NCBI RefSeq assembly: GCF_963678975.1
Contig: NC_089285.1
Span: forward strand, 12,026,725-12,090,724
From: Dysidea avara
Taxonomy: Eukaryota
Reading direction: 5' to 3'
Length of the DNA stretch: 64,000 nt
The notes beneath the pieces are model-generated. The model saw only the letters and a program-made list of their open reading frames with translations, was not told where the DNA came from and did not search any database. The translations under genes were made by a program, and so were the position numbers. Positions 22,590 through 35,809 of the stretch are shown piece by piece; within the stretch, counting starts at the first letter, position 1, and each line of letters begins with the position of its first letter.

Positions 22590-22870
22590 ATTCTTCATTC
22601 AGTAAAACAATGAACTATCTTCTTTCCCAAGTCCATGATCTATGCTTCGGCTCACTTTAGAAAATTAAAACCCACTATCGATCCTGTGAAGTGTCACTAT
22701 ATTAAAGCAGAGGAGATTATACAGTTTCATCAAAGAAATCAGATGATTTATGAGAATGCTTGGAATACATTAATGAGAATAGGAGGTAGTATATACAAGT
22801 TAGGAGAGATATAACTTGTATATACTACAGGAGGGATATAACTTGTATATACTACCTCCATTTCTCGTTA
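22590..22870. repeat. Dispersed repeat copy A (~270 bp, contains an internal hairpin); partner at 26886-27140
   Basis: Aligns to 26886-27140 ('ggctcactttagaaaa[tc]taaaacccacta..gatcctgt.aagtgtc.ctatattaaag.agaggagat...ctcctaggagggatataacttgtatatactacctccatttctcg.taatgca...cctgagcactgatagcagtgctattatacca'). Confidence 0.7.
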
Positions 22871-23116
22871 ATGCATTCCTGAGCACTGATAGCAGTGCTA
22901 TTATACCATAGATTTATAAACCCCGGCACAGGATGGCACGCAGACTAATTAGCACGAGTGTGCACATTATATCCATGTCTTGTCATTTATATAGCACACA
23001 CTTGGGATCTGAAGCTTTTGAATGGCAACATCATCAACGACGCCTGCCACTGGTAAGTGCTTGCAATGTGTATTTTTAGTGTTATTTCACTCTTCCTGTA
23101 TATATAAGGGTTTTTC

Positions 23117-23833
23117 ATGAGTGCAGTGGAATCCGTTTTGACTAAGCCACATTTCAAGTTTGAAACTCCTGCTGCCAAAACTACCTACCATGCTGAGAGT
23201 AAGGATAACCACCAGGAGCGTATCATGCATTTTTCCAGTGTATTGGAAGAAAAGCTGAAGACTTGTTTCATCACCGCACTCAAATCCTATAAATTGAAGT
23301 AAGTAAAAATGTGGGCGCAATATCATAACTTAAGAACTTCAAAAAAGTTCCTTTTGGAATGGAAAAAGTTTTTGAGTGAAATGACAGAGATAGTGCCATG
23401 CTCTGCTTTCATTCAACATGTGACTCATCAGGTATTTAAGCACATGATCAAGGTGCAATTCCAACCAACAATAGCACCGAGTGAAGCTGCTCCATTACTC
23501 ACTGACGTTGAAGTAAATGCCTTACATTAAGTAGCTGGTTATGTGTGTCACACCCTCCATGTTCGTTTGAAGGCATCAAGTGCGGAAAGAAAAGACACGT
23601 TGGTTTTGTATCTAAGTGACTTGAATGGGAGTGATAAGAGTAGAGATGGAGAGGATTGGATTAATGCAATAAACCATGGTGGATTGTGGCAAGTAAATGA
23701 TAAAGTCTTTCAAACATTTCTTGCAATGGAAGAGCTAGTCCGGGATGAGCTGTACCTTGAGAAATGTACATTTGATACAAAGAAAGAAATAATCATAGAT
23801 AAAGTGATGACCAATGATGATGTCTTACATTAA
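23117..23833 (+). pseudogene. ~720-nt reading frame of unknown function broken by two in-frame stops (or two very short introns; 'gtaagt' at 23299)
   Basis: Three ORFs (23117-23302, 23309-23530, 23543-23833) share one frame and are separated by single stop codons. I recognise no domain. Confidence 0.3.
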
Positions 23834-24299
23834 TGGTCATTCTGTGTGCCAGATGCAGAGCAGAATGTCTCTAACACCCTCCTCAAGAAAATAGTCGAGA
23901 TTCCATGATGGACTTTCCATCCTTGCAACCTCTACAGTGTAGAACATGTTGAGTTAATCACACGCAATGCTTGTACATTCTTAAGACGTTGACTGATATT
24001 AGGGTTTCATGGGTCCCTCCCCACTACCTCCGCTGTCCAAAAAAATTCTCTAGGCAGTCCTGGCACAGCTTGCTACTGTACATGATAGTTACACCAGGAA
24101 TACTAAAGCAAATTTCACAAGCTCAATGAACGATTTCACTGTAAATACTATATAATAATTTAAGACACTTAGTCATCACAACACCTGTGATCAAGATACC
24201 CTGGCGTGTTTCCAAAGGTAATAGCATCATCTGAGCACCCTTGTCATCTTCATACCTAGGCCGATTCCTTACACTACTCTCCCATTCCTCCAAAATTGG

Positions 24300-26121
24300 C
24301 AAGAACTGCTGCTCTAGCCCCTGTAAGACACATCTGACCCAACCAATGATCTCTACATGTTGGTTATCTCTAATCTGAAATCATCAGCTTTCCGATAGGG
24401 GTTTTTGAAGGTCACCTTTGAATGCTTGCAACATATGAATTGGACACATTCAGACAATCAAAAAATTTATTGAACATGCCAGCAAACTGAGCAGTTTCTG
24501 CAACTTCTTCACCTTGAAAAGTTAGCAGTGCTTTGTGCATGCTATTACTGAGTACCTAGGTAAAAAGAAACAAATATAACTGGATCACCTATCTAAATTA
24601 ACCGGCCTCTACAAAATCCTGTAATTTGTGACCAAGCTTAATGTTGCCATTTCCTGGAAATTTTGGCACAACATTGAACACAACAGACAGATTTTAGTGT
24701 ACCTAAATTTATAAATAATTACACTTTATATACCTGAGCAGCCAAATCAACTCTCATCTTACTATAACTAGTCAAGAAAATGTGCTCATATTTCAGCTGA
24801 GTTAGTATTGTTATTCCAAGTGCTTGTTTAGAACGATTATTGTAGTATAGCTTGACAAGGTGGCTCCAGCGTATCTCCTTTCTTTTGCACTGCAATAAAA
24901 AGTTAATTTACACTTGATAAGGCGTGGAGGATCATAAATAAAATAAAGGTCCCATCCATCATCAGCATATGGGTTTTTAACTTTGTAAATGATTTCAGTT
25001 GGTGTTGTCACAGGTTTGTGCAATCGAAAAACTTTGCGATTGGCTGCAAGCCCATCACACACCAGAGCCATCACTTAGAACCCATAAAGCTCAAGTTTAG
25101 CTACAGCCTCCCACATAAGATCATACATTTGTGGACCAACAAGATCAGTGCAAGGAAATTGAGCATATGCAAATTCCAGCAAACTGAATAGCCCCTTCAC
25201 AAACAGCACCAGCATGGAGGTTGCTACAGTAGGCATGTCAGATTTTCCTGCTTTCTTTTCTTCTCCAGGGCAGCCAAATGCATACTGACCTCTCCTAAAT
25301 TGGCAAAGCCAATGATTAACCCTATAAAAGATACGAAATATATTATAAACCTTTAGGTTTTTTAAAATGTCAAGATATTACTTACACGTGTGCTTATCAT
25401 ACACAATATCCTCTTTGATATACATCTCATCCATTACAAGAATGATATACTTCTCCCTCTCAGGACACGTATGAATATGTGCTGCTTCTATGAGCTGCCG
25501 GTCAACATCATCACCAAATCATGATAATTTGATTGCACCACTTTCATGTAACATCTCATATGCACCGGATCCTACCAGGTGACGAAGGTAAAGACACCAG
25601 GGAATTATCGCTGGATCCCACTACATTGCTGATAGCTTCTCGACTGGCAAAGCTCTTTTCTGGGCATCTCAAAACACCCTCCCGAGTATTCCATCCTCAT
25701 ACATGCTTTCCATATCTGTAGACTTTGCTGTCATTATTTCAGTCAAATGGTCATCCAAATCATCTTCCACAGTTGTACCGTGCTCTTCAATTAGTTTCTC
25801 AACACACTCCTTTAATTTCTCCACCTCCCTCCTAGAACATACAATCTGTTGGTGCATCCACTTCATTTGTTCACATATTTCATTAGGTGTTAAACAATGA
25901 TAATTTGTCTGGCTATCAATTGCAGTTCTGTCCTGGTCCTGTCCTTGCTCGTTTAAGACACAATAAAGCATCCTGTTTAGTGTTTGGCAGTGTTTCTCAC
26001 ATGGGTCACATCTATGGGCATCACCACTGCCTTTATCAACCACCACAGAACAGTTCTCCGATTGTATGGTCTTCCTTCTCTCATCATAGAAAGCAATCCA
26101 GTTCTTTCCTACAAGGCACAA
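24300..26121 (-). pseudogene. P-element / THAP9-like transposase, degraded
   Basis: 'ALVCDGLAANRKVF...YFIYDPPRLIK' matches the P-transposase block 'VVCDGASTNRSMF...FDAPHLLK'. An upstream coiled-coil/Cys-rich ORF lies at 25669-26121 ('CDPCEKHC'). The pieces are in different frames. Confidence 0.5.
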
Positions 26122-26885
26122 TATACGTTAATACTATCATCACACAATTATGCACATGCATGCATACCAGATTGATCCATAAATACCCCTTTTCTCTTCT
26201 CAACCAGTATGTCATATTTGGCATCATTGTTGCCACGAAAAAAATACATATCATTAAGAGAAGTCAATGTAGCTTTAAATCTCTCAGTGTAGCCACAACT
26301 TTGGGGAAAGTTGAAAGAGTGTTAGGTTTTAAAGTCAGATTAGTGACTGCAACCCTCCATGTTCTGTCATGGTTAACTCGAAGGGAAAGCGGCAAACAAA
26401 AATCCCCAGCATCATTCAATTCTAGCTGTAAGAAGCTGATAGATTTTCCAGGACATGTAACATCAACCCATCCTAAAATGATATGGTACATACCAATACT
26501 CACTGTAACAAACCGGTACACTTACCCTTTGGCATTATCTGAAGCATTTTTACACTGGCCTGAATCTCATCAAAATTGAGCTCTGCTTGTTCAATAGGTT
26601 GAATAAAACAAAGATTAGTACATCATTTTCGGACACCTAGTGGAAACTGACTTGACTTATAACATACTTGAAGGGTGAGGTCGTGACACACACCCCTGGA
26701 GGTGTGGTTGATTAAACATCAAATATACGTTTTGAGAATTTTCTGCACTACCATTTATCTCAAGGTGTTATCCTTTCTTGCACAGATTCTCCTTATGTTT
26801 ACAGCGCTATAATGGCCTAGCTAATTAACCACCATGCCCAGTCACTACATATGTGTGACATCGTGCCAGGTGTCAAAACAGCAAG

Positions 26886-27140
26886 TCCATTCCATGATCC
26901 ATGCTTTGGCTCACTTTGGCTCACTTTAGAAAACTAAAACCCACTACTGATCCTGTAAAGTGTCGCTATATTAAAGAAGAGGAGATCACACAGTTTCATC
27001 AAAGAAATCGAATGATTTCTGAGAAGGCTTGGAATGCAATAATGAGAATAGGAGGTAGAATAGTTATATCACTCCTAGGAGGGATATAACTTGTATATAT
27101 ACTACCTCCATTTCTCGGTAATGCAGGCATTCCTGAGCAC
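26886..27140. repeat. Dispersed repeat copy B (partner of 22590-22870)
   Basis: See copy A. Confidence 0.7.
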
Positions 27141-27189
27141 TGATAGCAGTGCTATTATACCACTTATACACCTTCTCTTCCCTTTTGAA

Positions 27190-27370
27190 GCAAGGTGTGA
27201 AAGTGGTATACAAATCACATATTGCACTGACTTAAAATGTTAACGAGATATATGCACTGGTAGCAGTGCGTATATCTCATTAAGGCAGTGCATATATCTC
27301 GTTATACACTGCCTTAACGAGATTTACGCACTGCCATCAGTATGTATATCTCGTTAACTAGAGACATTGC
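27190..27370. repeat. Cluster of nested inverted repeats ('aacgagatatatgcactg' / 'cagtgcatatatctcgtta')
   Basis: Multiple reverse-complement pairs within 180 bp. Confidence 0.6.
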
Positions 27371-28424
27371 ACAGTAGTGCACACTATATCCAGAAATAGT
27401 CAGATTTCTCTAATGTTATACTGTTGGCAGTGTGTCAATACATCAAACAGTTGTTGGTTGCATACTCTTATATAGGGAATCAAGCTAGCTGTGATTGTAA
27501 GGTTGAATTTTGCCTTAAAAAAACCTGTAATTGTGGGATTCAATTTTAACAGTAGTTTTTTTTTTGCTTTTGTAAATGTAATAATTAAAGAAACATAATA
27601 AACACTAGTCTCTTAAATAATATTTTAGCAAAAGTAAAATCAAACTACTGTCTTCTTAATTAATTAATTAATTATGTGTAATGTACAGAACTCAACAAGC
27701 TAGTGTAAACGATCTATCTTTGACGGGTACCAGCTTAAAGTATTGAAGGATTGACTTCTTGTCAAGTTCAATCTCAACTCAACGTTAACTCAACCTGGTC
27801 ACTCAATGCTCATGTGATCATCTAAAATAATTGGTGGAAGAAACAACTAAATGTTTTTACTATACGGTATATGTAAGAGTTAAAGAAAAGGTGCTATTGA
27901 CCTTGAGACCACACTTTGAGTGCTATATAGCACATTTAACTGGTATAGTGAACTGTCAACTTGAGTTACACACAAGACATACTAGAAACACATGGAGTAG
28001 TCTTATCATCGGTAGAATAGGCATTGCACCTGTGTTGCACCTGTAGGATGAGCGAGGCGATGAGTCAGATCCATCTTCTCAATGAGTAAAGATTTTCAAT
28101 TGTAGTACTTAATAAACATATTTCTGTGCTATTCCTAGGACTCATCTGTTTATGTGAACAAACCATAGTAAGAATGTTCACTGTTGGTGACCACAAGCAA
28201 CCACCATTGAAATCTTCAAGGATGTCTATAAATTAAATCCACACTAGTGGTAAAAAAAAAAACAAGATTTACACATTGTCCAACAACGTAATCATGTGCA
28301 ATCATGTCACATGATAAGGTGGTAGTTCCACAAATGACTTAAGGCTGTGGACATAAAGTAATAATTATACCATAATTTGCTTTTTTTTTCATTGTAAAAT
28401 AACAAGTATACAAAAAAAAATTGG

Positions 28425-28650
28425 AATTTTCAACTAGAGTAGGGACCATAACACATCGATAAAAAGTACTGAAACAAGCTGGAGTAGTGCACGATATTAA
28501 ATCACAGTAATACAATAAGAAGTGTTATATCCCTACTGTGCGTTTCCATTATTATTGTATTACTGTGATTTAATATAGTGCACTACTCCAGCTTGTTTCA
28601 GTACTTGTTTTTCAATGTGCTATAGTCCCTACTCTAGTTGAAAATTTGTA
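28425..28650. repeat. Long palindrome (~90-bp arms, centre ~28520)
   Basis: 'caactagagtagggaccataacacatcg..agtactgaaacaagctggagtagtgcacgatattaaatcacagtaatacaata' is mirrored by 'tattgtattactgtgatttaatatagtgcactactccagcttgtttcagtact...ctatagtccctactctagttg'. Confidence 0.75.
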
Positions 28651-29840
28651 GTGTACTTGTTTGTTAACTTTTATTTGTAAATAATTATTACGACTGGTGA
28701 ACCCATGCATACCGCATCTGAAATAGAACCGCGTACCCCAGCTATATCAATTATTGTCCGAAAAGTGAAATATCCATCATGCTTCGTTGTCAGCTATGTT
28801 CAACCCGGACACAGCAGAATCAAGAACTGTTCGAAAAGCACCTCTTCAATCCACGCATACTGAAAGAAATGGTGCCATGTACCCCAGTTATAACAATTAT
28901 TGTCAGACACCTCAACTCTCGCATTACACATGAGACATGCATCGGATTGTTGTCTCACGCATTGCAATTCATAGAAAATTAAGCTCTCACATAATTAATT
29001 TCACTTCACCCCTCTTGGAAAGTACTGAACAGTGTGCTACTGGCTAAAAATGGATAGGTATAACTGAAAATAACTCTGAATATAGCCTAAGAAAGTGGCA
29101 TAATTTTGCAATTTTTACAGGAATATTTCTACTAAGAGGATACCTCACATATGAGTAAGCAAACCTCACTCATTTTAACCTCAGGTTTCAGTCCAAATGC
29201 ACTTTACAGGTTGAGGTCTCTGTAACATCTGAGAAGTGAATTATCTATTACACTTCGTTGCCAGCTATGTTCAACCTGTTACACAGCAATGCAAATCAAG
29301 AACTGTTCGAAAAGCACCTCTGCAATCAGAATAGCCACTATGAAAAATATGGACAATTTTCATTACGAAGAGAAGCCATCACATGCTACTGCCAAATCAA
29401 CACTTCGCTGTCAGCAAAAATGAATGGGACACAAAGTAAGACACTGGTAAGTTCATGAATAATACATTGTACATACTGTGGTATGCCAAGGACTAAAGCG
29501 ATGTCGAACAGTGAAAAAATCAAGCCCGTACTCTTAGCCATTATCAAGTTACACTTGTCTGAAGGTATCAGTCAGTAAAAAGTTCCATTAAATAATTTTT
29601 ATTCATATTCTTTAGCAACTTGTTGAAAGCGTTTCGGGTCGATCTGAAAGCTTGTTTGGGCTTAGTTTTATCTATCCAATACTGCCTCATCGTCGTCAGG
29701 GAAAATTGAGGTTGCTTTGTTGGTGAAGTTATTTTGTGGGCCAGATCTACTCCTTTGTGGTCCCTACTATACAGTACTATTGTACTGTATGATTTTTGTA
29801 TGCAAAACTTGTTCAAAAATTTCTTACACGAAAAATTTTA

Positions 29841-29866
29841 CATAAGATCGAGCTACTCTAATAGAG
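29841..29866 (-). repeat. Inverted copy of the X-family 5'-terminal motif ('ctgctctattagagta[tg]ctcgatct')
   Basis: 'agatcgagctactctaatagagcag' is the reverse complement of the motif seen at 31600, 38630, 42318, 50340 and 63680. Confidence 0.5.
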
Positions 29867-31586
29867 CAGTTGTCACGTAAGGGTCATACGAAAATACTTT
29901 TACATGAAAATTTTTATCAAGAAATTTTTTTGCGTGAAAATAAAGCAATTTACAATAGTTACTTTATTTATAGGTAATATGTTTCTGTAACTAAATGGTT
30001 TTAGTTGCAAGTAAAAGTCATATGTAATAAGTTACTTTTAAAAAGTAATTGTCCCAACACTGTATACTTAAATTACATACTGTTAGGTGGGATTTTAGCA
30101 TATAGTTGTAATGGTTTGAAGAAAATGAAATAGCACACAACTATGGTCAAGGAAGACCAGGTGGAAGTGATATCAGAATGTGTTTGATGTAAAGCTTGAG
30201 GACAATGTTGATATTCAAGAAATATTTTACCAACAATGCCTGGCTACTTGTTAAGAATGGTCTTAAGAAATCAAATACCATATAAACACATGTGCTATTA
30301 CCATGACTTTTATTCATCATGTTGACCTCAGATGTCACTTAACAGGTTTAGGTCTCCTTATGGTATGCACCTACAGCTACTTTATCTATAGCTAATTTAA
30401 TTTTTAGGACACTAACTAAAATAATAATACCTTACTTTTACCTTAATGGCTTTACTTTACTTACTTACTTATCTACTCCTGTCTTCAGACAAGTGTACTA
30501 AATAATGTTTTCCCTGACAGGTGCCTTTTGGCATACTGTACAATGCATGTACACATCATGGCTTACTCTTTTGTGTTCTTTTTGAACAATTTTGCTAGGC
30601 TATAGTGTTTAATTATACAACATTACAGTGGATTGTGTCTAATACATCTGAGCATTTTGTCAACCTACAATCACAATTTAGACAAATATTGTATGATGAA
30701 TATCACATTTAAAAGCTTAAGTATGGGTGAGAAACCCAGCATGAGGAAAATTGCAGTGCACGATATGGTAACCATGCAAAAGATAACTACCAACTCTTGC
30801 ACATAGTTCATGAGAGCTGTAGGATTTGTACTTTCAAGGATTGGTATTATGTTAGATATTTATGTAGCACAAGGATCTAGGTGGATTTTGAAGGCATGTA
30901 GAGTTAGAACAATTTTTCCAGGCTATAGTGTTCAGTGGCGTAGCCAGCAAAACATTTTTACCGAGGCAAAGTTTATACATTGACCAAATTGAGAGGGTCT
31001 CCTTCTGGCTCAACTGATTCACAAATACTTTCAAGTATGAGTGGTACAGCATTTGCAGGTTGACTATCTGGTTGGAAGGAGGAAACTGTTTCAGAAGACT
31101 CTGAGCGTTTTTCTACATGTCATAAGTAATGCTCCAGCATAGTTAATGCTACAGTATACCATGCTTCAATTATTAGACTAGTTTAATTGCATGCAAGTAC
31201 AACACAACTTACTCCGAAGATATTTTGAGTGGTCAGGCCATCCATGGACTGCAATGGAGGTCATAGTCATGCACACTACTGTTTATTGATCTGATGTGAT
31301 GTTTAAGTCAGAGATAATAATCTTTTTCACGTGATGCTCAATTGCATGTGCTAAGTATGTCAAGCTAGGGGGAATGCTCCCTCCTTGGAAATTTTGAAAA
31401 TATATGCTTTGAAATAGCATGTGGAGCAGGCTATTTTTTTATTGTAACTGCTAATGTATGATATTCATGATCAATTAGCTCAATGTAATGCCATGCAGTT
31501 GACTTATTGAACTAATGTAAAGACAATTAACATTGATCGAGCAGTGTAATGAGAACAGTGGCTATAATCTGTATTGAATGCTCTAT

Positions 31587-31625
31587 TAGAGTATAATACA
31601 ATGACTGCTCTATTAGAGTATCTCG
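31587..31625 (+). repeat. X-family 5'-terminal motif copy ('gactgctctattagagtatctcgatct'), with a duplicated 'tgctctattagagta' just upstream
   Basis: Same motif as at the start of every X copy, and at 42318 ('ctgactgctctattagagtatctcgatcttgctgccgatttcacac'). Confidence 0.5.
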
Positions 31626-33479
31626 ATCTTTCACAAATTCAAGCCACACAAAATAGAATCTATGGCTGTGGTACTAATCAGGGCTGGAGCCTGCGGTGAC
31701 ATGGTGCCTTGCATGGTGATGGACCACTTTACAGCTACTGGGGTACAGTAATGCTGTCTAGTAACGTTTGAGTAGAAAATTTGGGGTGCCAAAACTCAGG
31801 CCTGCTCAGCCTGTTGTTGAGCATTTTTACCGAGGCAGCTGCCTCAGTTGCCTCAATGGTAGCTACGTCACTGGTGTTCAATTCTTTTGGAATATACAGT
31901 ATTACAGTGGAATGCAAATAACCCAAAATAACCATCTACAAAGAAGCTTACCCATCTAGGTATTTTGTAAAGTCCATCTACAGTTTAATTGAAGATGAAA
32001 CATGCTTAAGAACTCCAGAAAACAAATGGATGCTAAAATAGAATTTTCTGTGATACTACTGGACTTCTCCATTCGTCCTGACAAACGTAACTACAACATT
32101 AAATAGTACCTCCCTTGCATTAGGCATGTTTATAAAAGGAATGGAGTGGTCAAACTTGTGTTGGCTTGGGTGACTTTGCCACTGCAGGCTATTAATCTGT
32201 AAAATGCTTGGTAGAGCATAGCAAATCAATGATCGAAAGTGAGATTTGCAGTTCTTGATACCTTTTCTGCTACCAGGTTTTTAACCTATTTAAGAAGCTG
32301 GTACTGTACACATAGAAAATTTTGTGCTGTATAAATTTTTGTGGTAAAAGCTGGTCCCCATGAAAATTAATCCACACACAGCACCTTGAGCAAACCTGAG
32401 AGTAATAGCCATCAATGCACTTTCCTCATAAAGTATGGCACAGTAACATACAATGTGATGACAGCATGCAGACCGGGTTCTACCACTTTATCCAAGCAGG
32501 AAAGACTCCTCAAAAATTATCAACTGTATAACAACTCTAGGAGCTTGCAACAATCAGCATTGTTGATAAAACAAGTATAACTTCTCAAGTTGATGACAAG
32601 TTTCTCAGTGACATCATCTTCACTGAAGCCATTCAAGTGTTTCAGAACATTTTGTTTTAAGTCTTACTCAACAAAGATCACTTCACTGTCAATTGTTGAA
32701 AGATCCTGAGCTCTAAGAGGGTAAGACCATATCATTCAAGACCAGATTTCCAAGGGCATTATTAAAAGAATCACACCAATATGATGACAACATTGCTTCA
32801 CTATGCAATTGTCCTTCAGGAGCAATCAACCACTAAGCTACAAATTGTATACAATGGATTAGTCAAATTAAATGAATGAGAGATTTTTTTAAATGATTGT
32901 CTTCAAACTGTGCCAAATTTTATACATAAGTTACTCAATGTATTATCAGATTTCGATATACTGGTATTCCTTTGCTCTCACGGTAGATAGCAAGAAAGTG
33001 TTTCCATCAACAACTTAAATTGTGAAATTGTCTGACTCTTGTGGCTCAAAGATCCCTGTAGACTAGATAGCAAAGTCCTCCGTCTGTGTTTTACCTTTGG
33101 ATTATGTCCTTCTCTGACAATTTTGGGGACTGCCACCCAAGTCAACATCAAGTCAACATCCCTAGCTAGTTGAATAACTTGAGAGGTGCTTATATTATGT
33201 GTATGACCTTATTACTGAAACAAATGACATTGAACAAGCATTTGAAAATGTATCAAAACTCGAAACATATATAACGAAGCAGGTAGGTCTTGTAACTCAA
33301 ACTGTGAAACTCTTCTTGAGATTATACTAGAAGGTGAGTCAGTAATGTGCAGTGATGTTGAATCTGTGATGAATTCCATAACTGAGGAAGAGGAGTTCTT
33401 TGCAAAATCAATTTCAGGGTTGTTGAGTTTTGCTAGCAGCACAAAATGCTCTAAATTACTGGATATCACCTGGGATAGT

Positions 33480-34145
33480 CACTCTGATGAGTTTATGTCT
33501 TAGTTGATAAGAATATAGTAGAAATCTGCCTGTTAGTAAGAGGTCAGTACTCAAGGTTGCAGCCAAAATATTTCACCCACTAGGGTTTGTTAGTGGTAAG
33601 ATTGAATATCCTATTTCAAGATCTCTGCACTGATAAAATTGATTGGGATGAATTTCTTCAGGGTGGGGTGGATTAAAGAAATAGTAGCATCATGGAACCT
33701 TAGTGAACTGAACTCCGCTGATATGGAGTTCCATTTGTTGAGAACCACACTCAAATTCTAATTACATGGCTTCAGTGATGCTTCATGTCTAGCATAAGGG
33801 GCGGTATTGTACCTGAAAAATATTTATGCTGATGAAGTCTTACCGTAAGAATTGTTGCTGCAAAGACATGTGTGTCTCCAGCCAAGAGTCAAACTATCCC
33901 AATTTAAAATTGGTTGCAGCTGTAGTATTGAATCAACTTGTTGTGATGGTGCATAATTCTCCGGAGATCATAGGCAGTTTTTAGAAACCCTTCTTTGGAC
34001 TGACTCAACCGTTGTAAATCATAAACCTTAGAAGTAGTATGTCAGCTCTCAAGTTATTTCAGGAGATAAGTGGTGTCACCATCCTGGTCACTTGAATCCA
34101 GCCAACATGCCTTCATGTAGTCTATCAGGAAAAGAACTCTACAAC
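33480..34145 (+). pseudogene. BEL/Pao-type LTR-retrotransposon pol fragment (upstream half), with stops
   Basis: 'KIFHPLGFVSGK' and the BEL/Pao signature 'WCHHPGHLNPANMPS' (W.H.PG..NPAD..SRG) are present. Multiple in-frame stops. Confidence 0.5.
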
Positions 34146-34149
34146 AGTG

Positions 34150-34860
34150 AATAATGTAGTGTTATTTTAGTAAGGACTTTTAGTTTATACTCATAGTCAG
34201 TTTCGTCAATAATAATAGTTTTAGCTTTCCTAATTCCTTTTAGTTATTGATTTAGTTATGGTTATTTTCTCTGCGTTATTTTAGTTTTAGTTAAAAATAT
34301 GAAAATCTTTTAGTTATAGTTATAGTTTTAGTAAAATTCATAAAATTGTTTTAGTTATAGTTTTAGTTGTACATAAAAAACGTTTAGTTTTAGTTATAGT
34401 TTTAGTGATCTTTTCTAATTCTTTTAGCTTTAGACTTAGTTTTGGTAAATTATTCTGTTGTACCGTATTGCCTCGAATTATTGCCGGTCCCGTATAAATG
34501 CCTGGTCTCGTTTAGTCGCTGGGGTTGATAACAATGTGATCACCATGAATGCCAGTGTGTAGTATTCATAGCTTTAATAGACATCATTTAATATAAACTG
34601 AAACCTTTGTAGTGTCAACAGAAACCTTTTATAGCTATTAACCTCAGATTTAGTGCTACTTTTGGACAAGCGATTGGTGCTTTAAAAAAATAAACGTCCG
34701 GGCCATAATTCGAGGCAAAACAATTTAGTTTCAGTTATAACACGGATTTGCTTTTAGTTATAATTTTAGTTTTAGTTAACTAATACACATTTGTCTTACT
34801 AAAAGTACTTTAGTTTTAGTTATAGTTAACTAAACCACCATCAAGTCACAAACTATAGCA
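34150..34860. repeat. LTR-like direct repeat, copy A, rich in 'tttagttatagttttag' units; hosts MITE 34465-34730
   Basis: Aligns (~85%) with 52064-53040 once the two different nested MITEs are removed. Both begin 'tgtt[ag]ttttagtaa[ga]g' and end '...gttaactaaa[cg]ca...ca'. Confidence 0.6.
34465..34730. mobile_element. MITE-like insertion with imperfect terminal inverted repeats ('tattgcctcgaattat...' / '...ataattcgaggcaa')
   Basis: Present in copy A of the LTR-like repeat and absent at the homologous site in copy B. Confidence 0.45.
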
Positions 34861-34934
34861 GATATTGATGTTTGAATGTTACATATAGCAATACAGTTTC
34901 ATTCGGTGCTTCGTTCCACCTGTAGAACGTATCT

Positions 34935-35340
34935 AATCAAAAACAGCCAAGCTGTAAAAAAAGGAGTGCGGCCCTTGAAAAGGCTATGGTGAAAAAAGAT
35001 GTGAAATCCAAGGTGGCGGCCAAGAAATGGCTGTGATGGTAGGTTAATGGTAAAAATTTTAATAACGACAATTCAGGTGAATTTGGTGCCGCTTGGTAAA
35101 TTGGCACAAAATTCACCTGAATTGTCGTTATTAAAATTTTTACCATTAACCTACCATCACAGCCATTTCTGGCCGCCATCTTGGATTTCACATCTTTTTT
35201 CACCATAGCCTTTTCAAGGGCCGCACTCCTTTTTTTACAGCTTGGCTGTTTTTGATTAAATTTCACTTCTTTTTGTATTTGTATACTCCAAAGCCGGCCT
35301 ATGGCCAGCTTTGGGGCTTTTAAACCTATGTATTTTTCTT
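34935..35340. mobile_element. FB-1 foldback core copy (palindrome centred ~35100)
   Basis: Arms 'cagccaagctgtaaaaaaaggagtgcggccc...ggtgaatttggtgccgcttgg' and its mirror. Same as 59765-60090 and 60360-60840. Confidence 0.8.
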
Positions 35341-35454
35341 TACCACAGGAAACAAAAAAAGATGAAGCAGATTTTATAAATACTTTAACTCATTCTGATT
35401 TTATCAGTAAATGTACAAATTATATATATAATGCATATATCAAGAGTTCATAAT

Positions 35455-35775
35455 AATTATAAAAAGAGAGGAGAGTGTCCTACTGCAGTATAGCCTGTAC
35501 AAACGCGAATCTCAAAGTTATGATGTAATACCTATAGTCACTTTCAATGTGCTAGTTGGTCAGGCATGTACTCAGCATTAAGTTTCGATGACTGTTGTAG
35601 TTATAGCTTCAATAAGCAGCCTACTGATGACAGTGTCAGCACTCCTTAACACTTTATGTGTTGACATGATATCCTAAAGTAATCAAAGTTTTACTGTATT
35701 ACTTTGAGATACGCATTTATACAGGCTATACTGAAGTAGGACACTCTCCTCTTTTTTATATTATGAACTCTTGCA
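35455..35775. mobile_element. MITE, family 'CAAGAGTT(A/C)ATAAT...', flanked by a 7-bp 'catatat' duplication, inserted in the FB-1 AT-rich arm
   Basis: Terminal inverted repeats: 'caagagttcataataattataaaaagagaggagagtgtcctac' and the reverse complement of 'gtaggacactctcctcttttttatattatgaactcttg'. Flanks read 'gcatatat|' and '|catatattt'. Confidence 0.7.
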
Positions 35776-35809
35776 TATATTTATTACATGTCAATTAATC
35801 CCCACAGGA

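Noticed and set aside
34937-35266. 109-aa minus-strand ORF inside FB-1; likewise 61846-62082 inside the 1.07-kb hairpin
   Set aside because: The ORFs span palindrome centres, and the 'protein' is a mirror artefact with no counterpart of coding periodicity.
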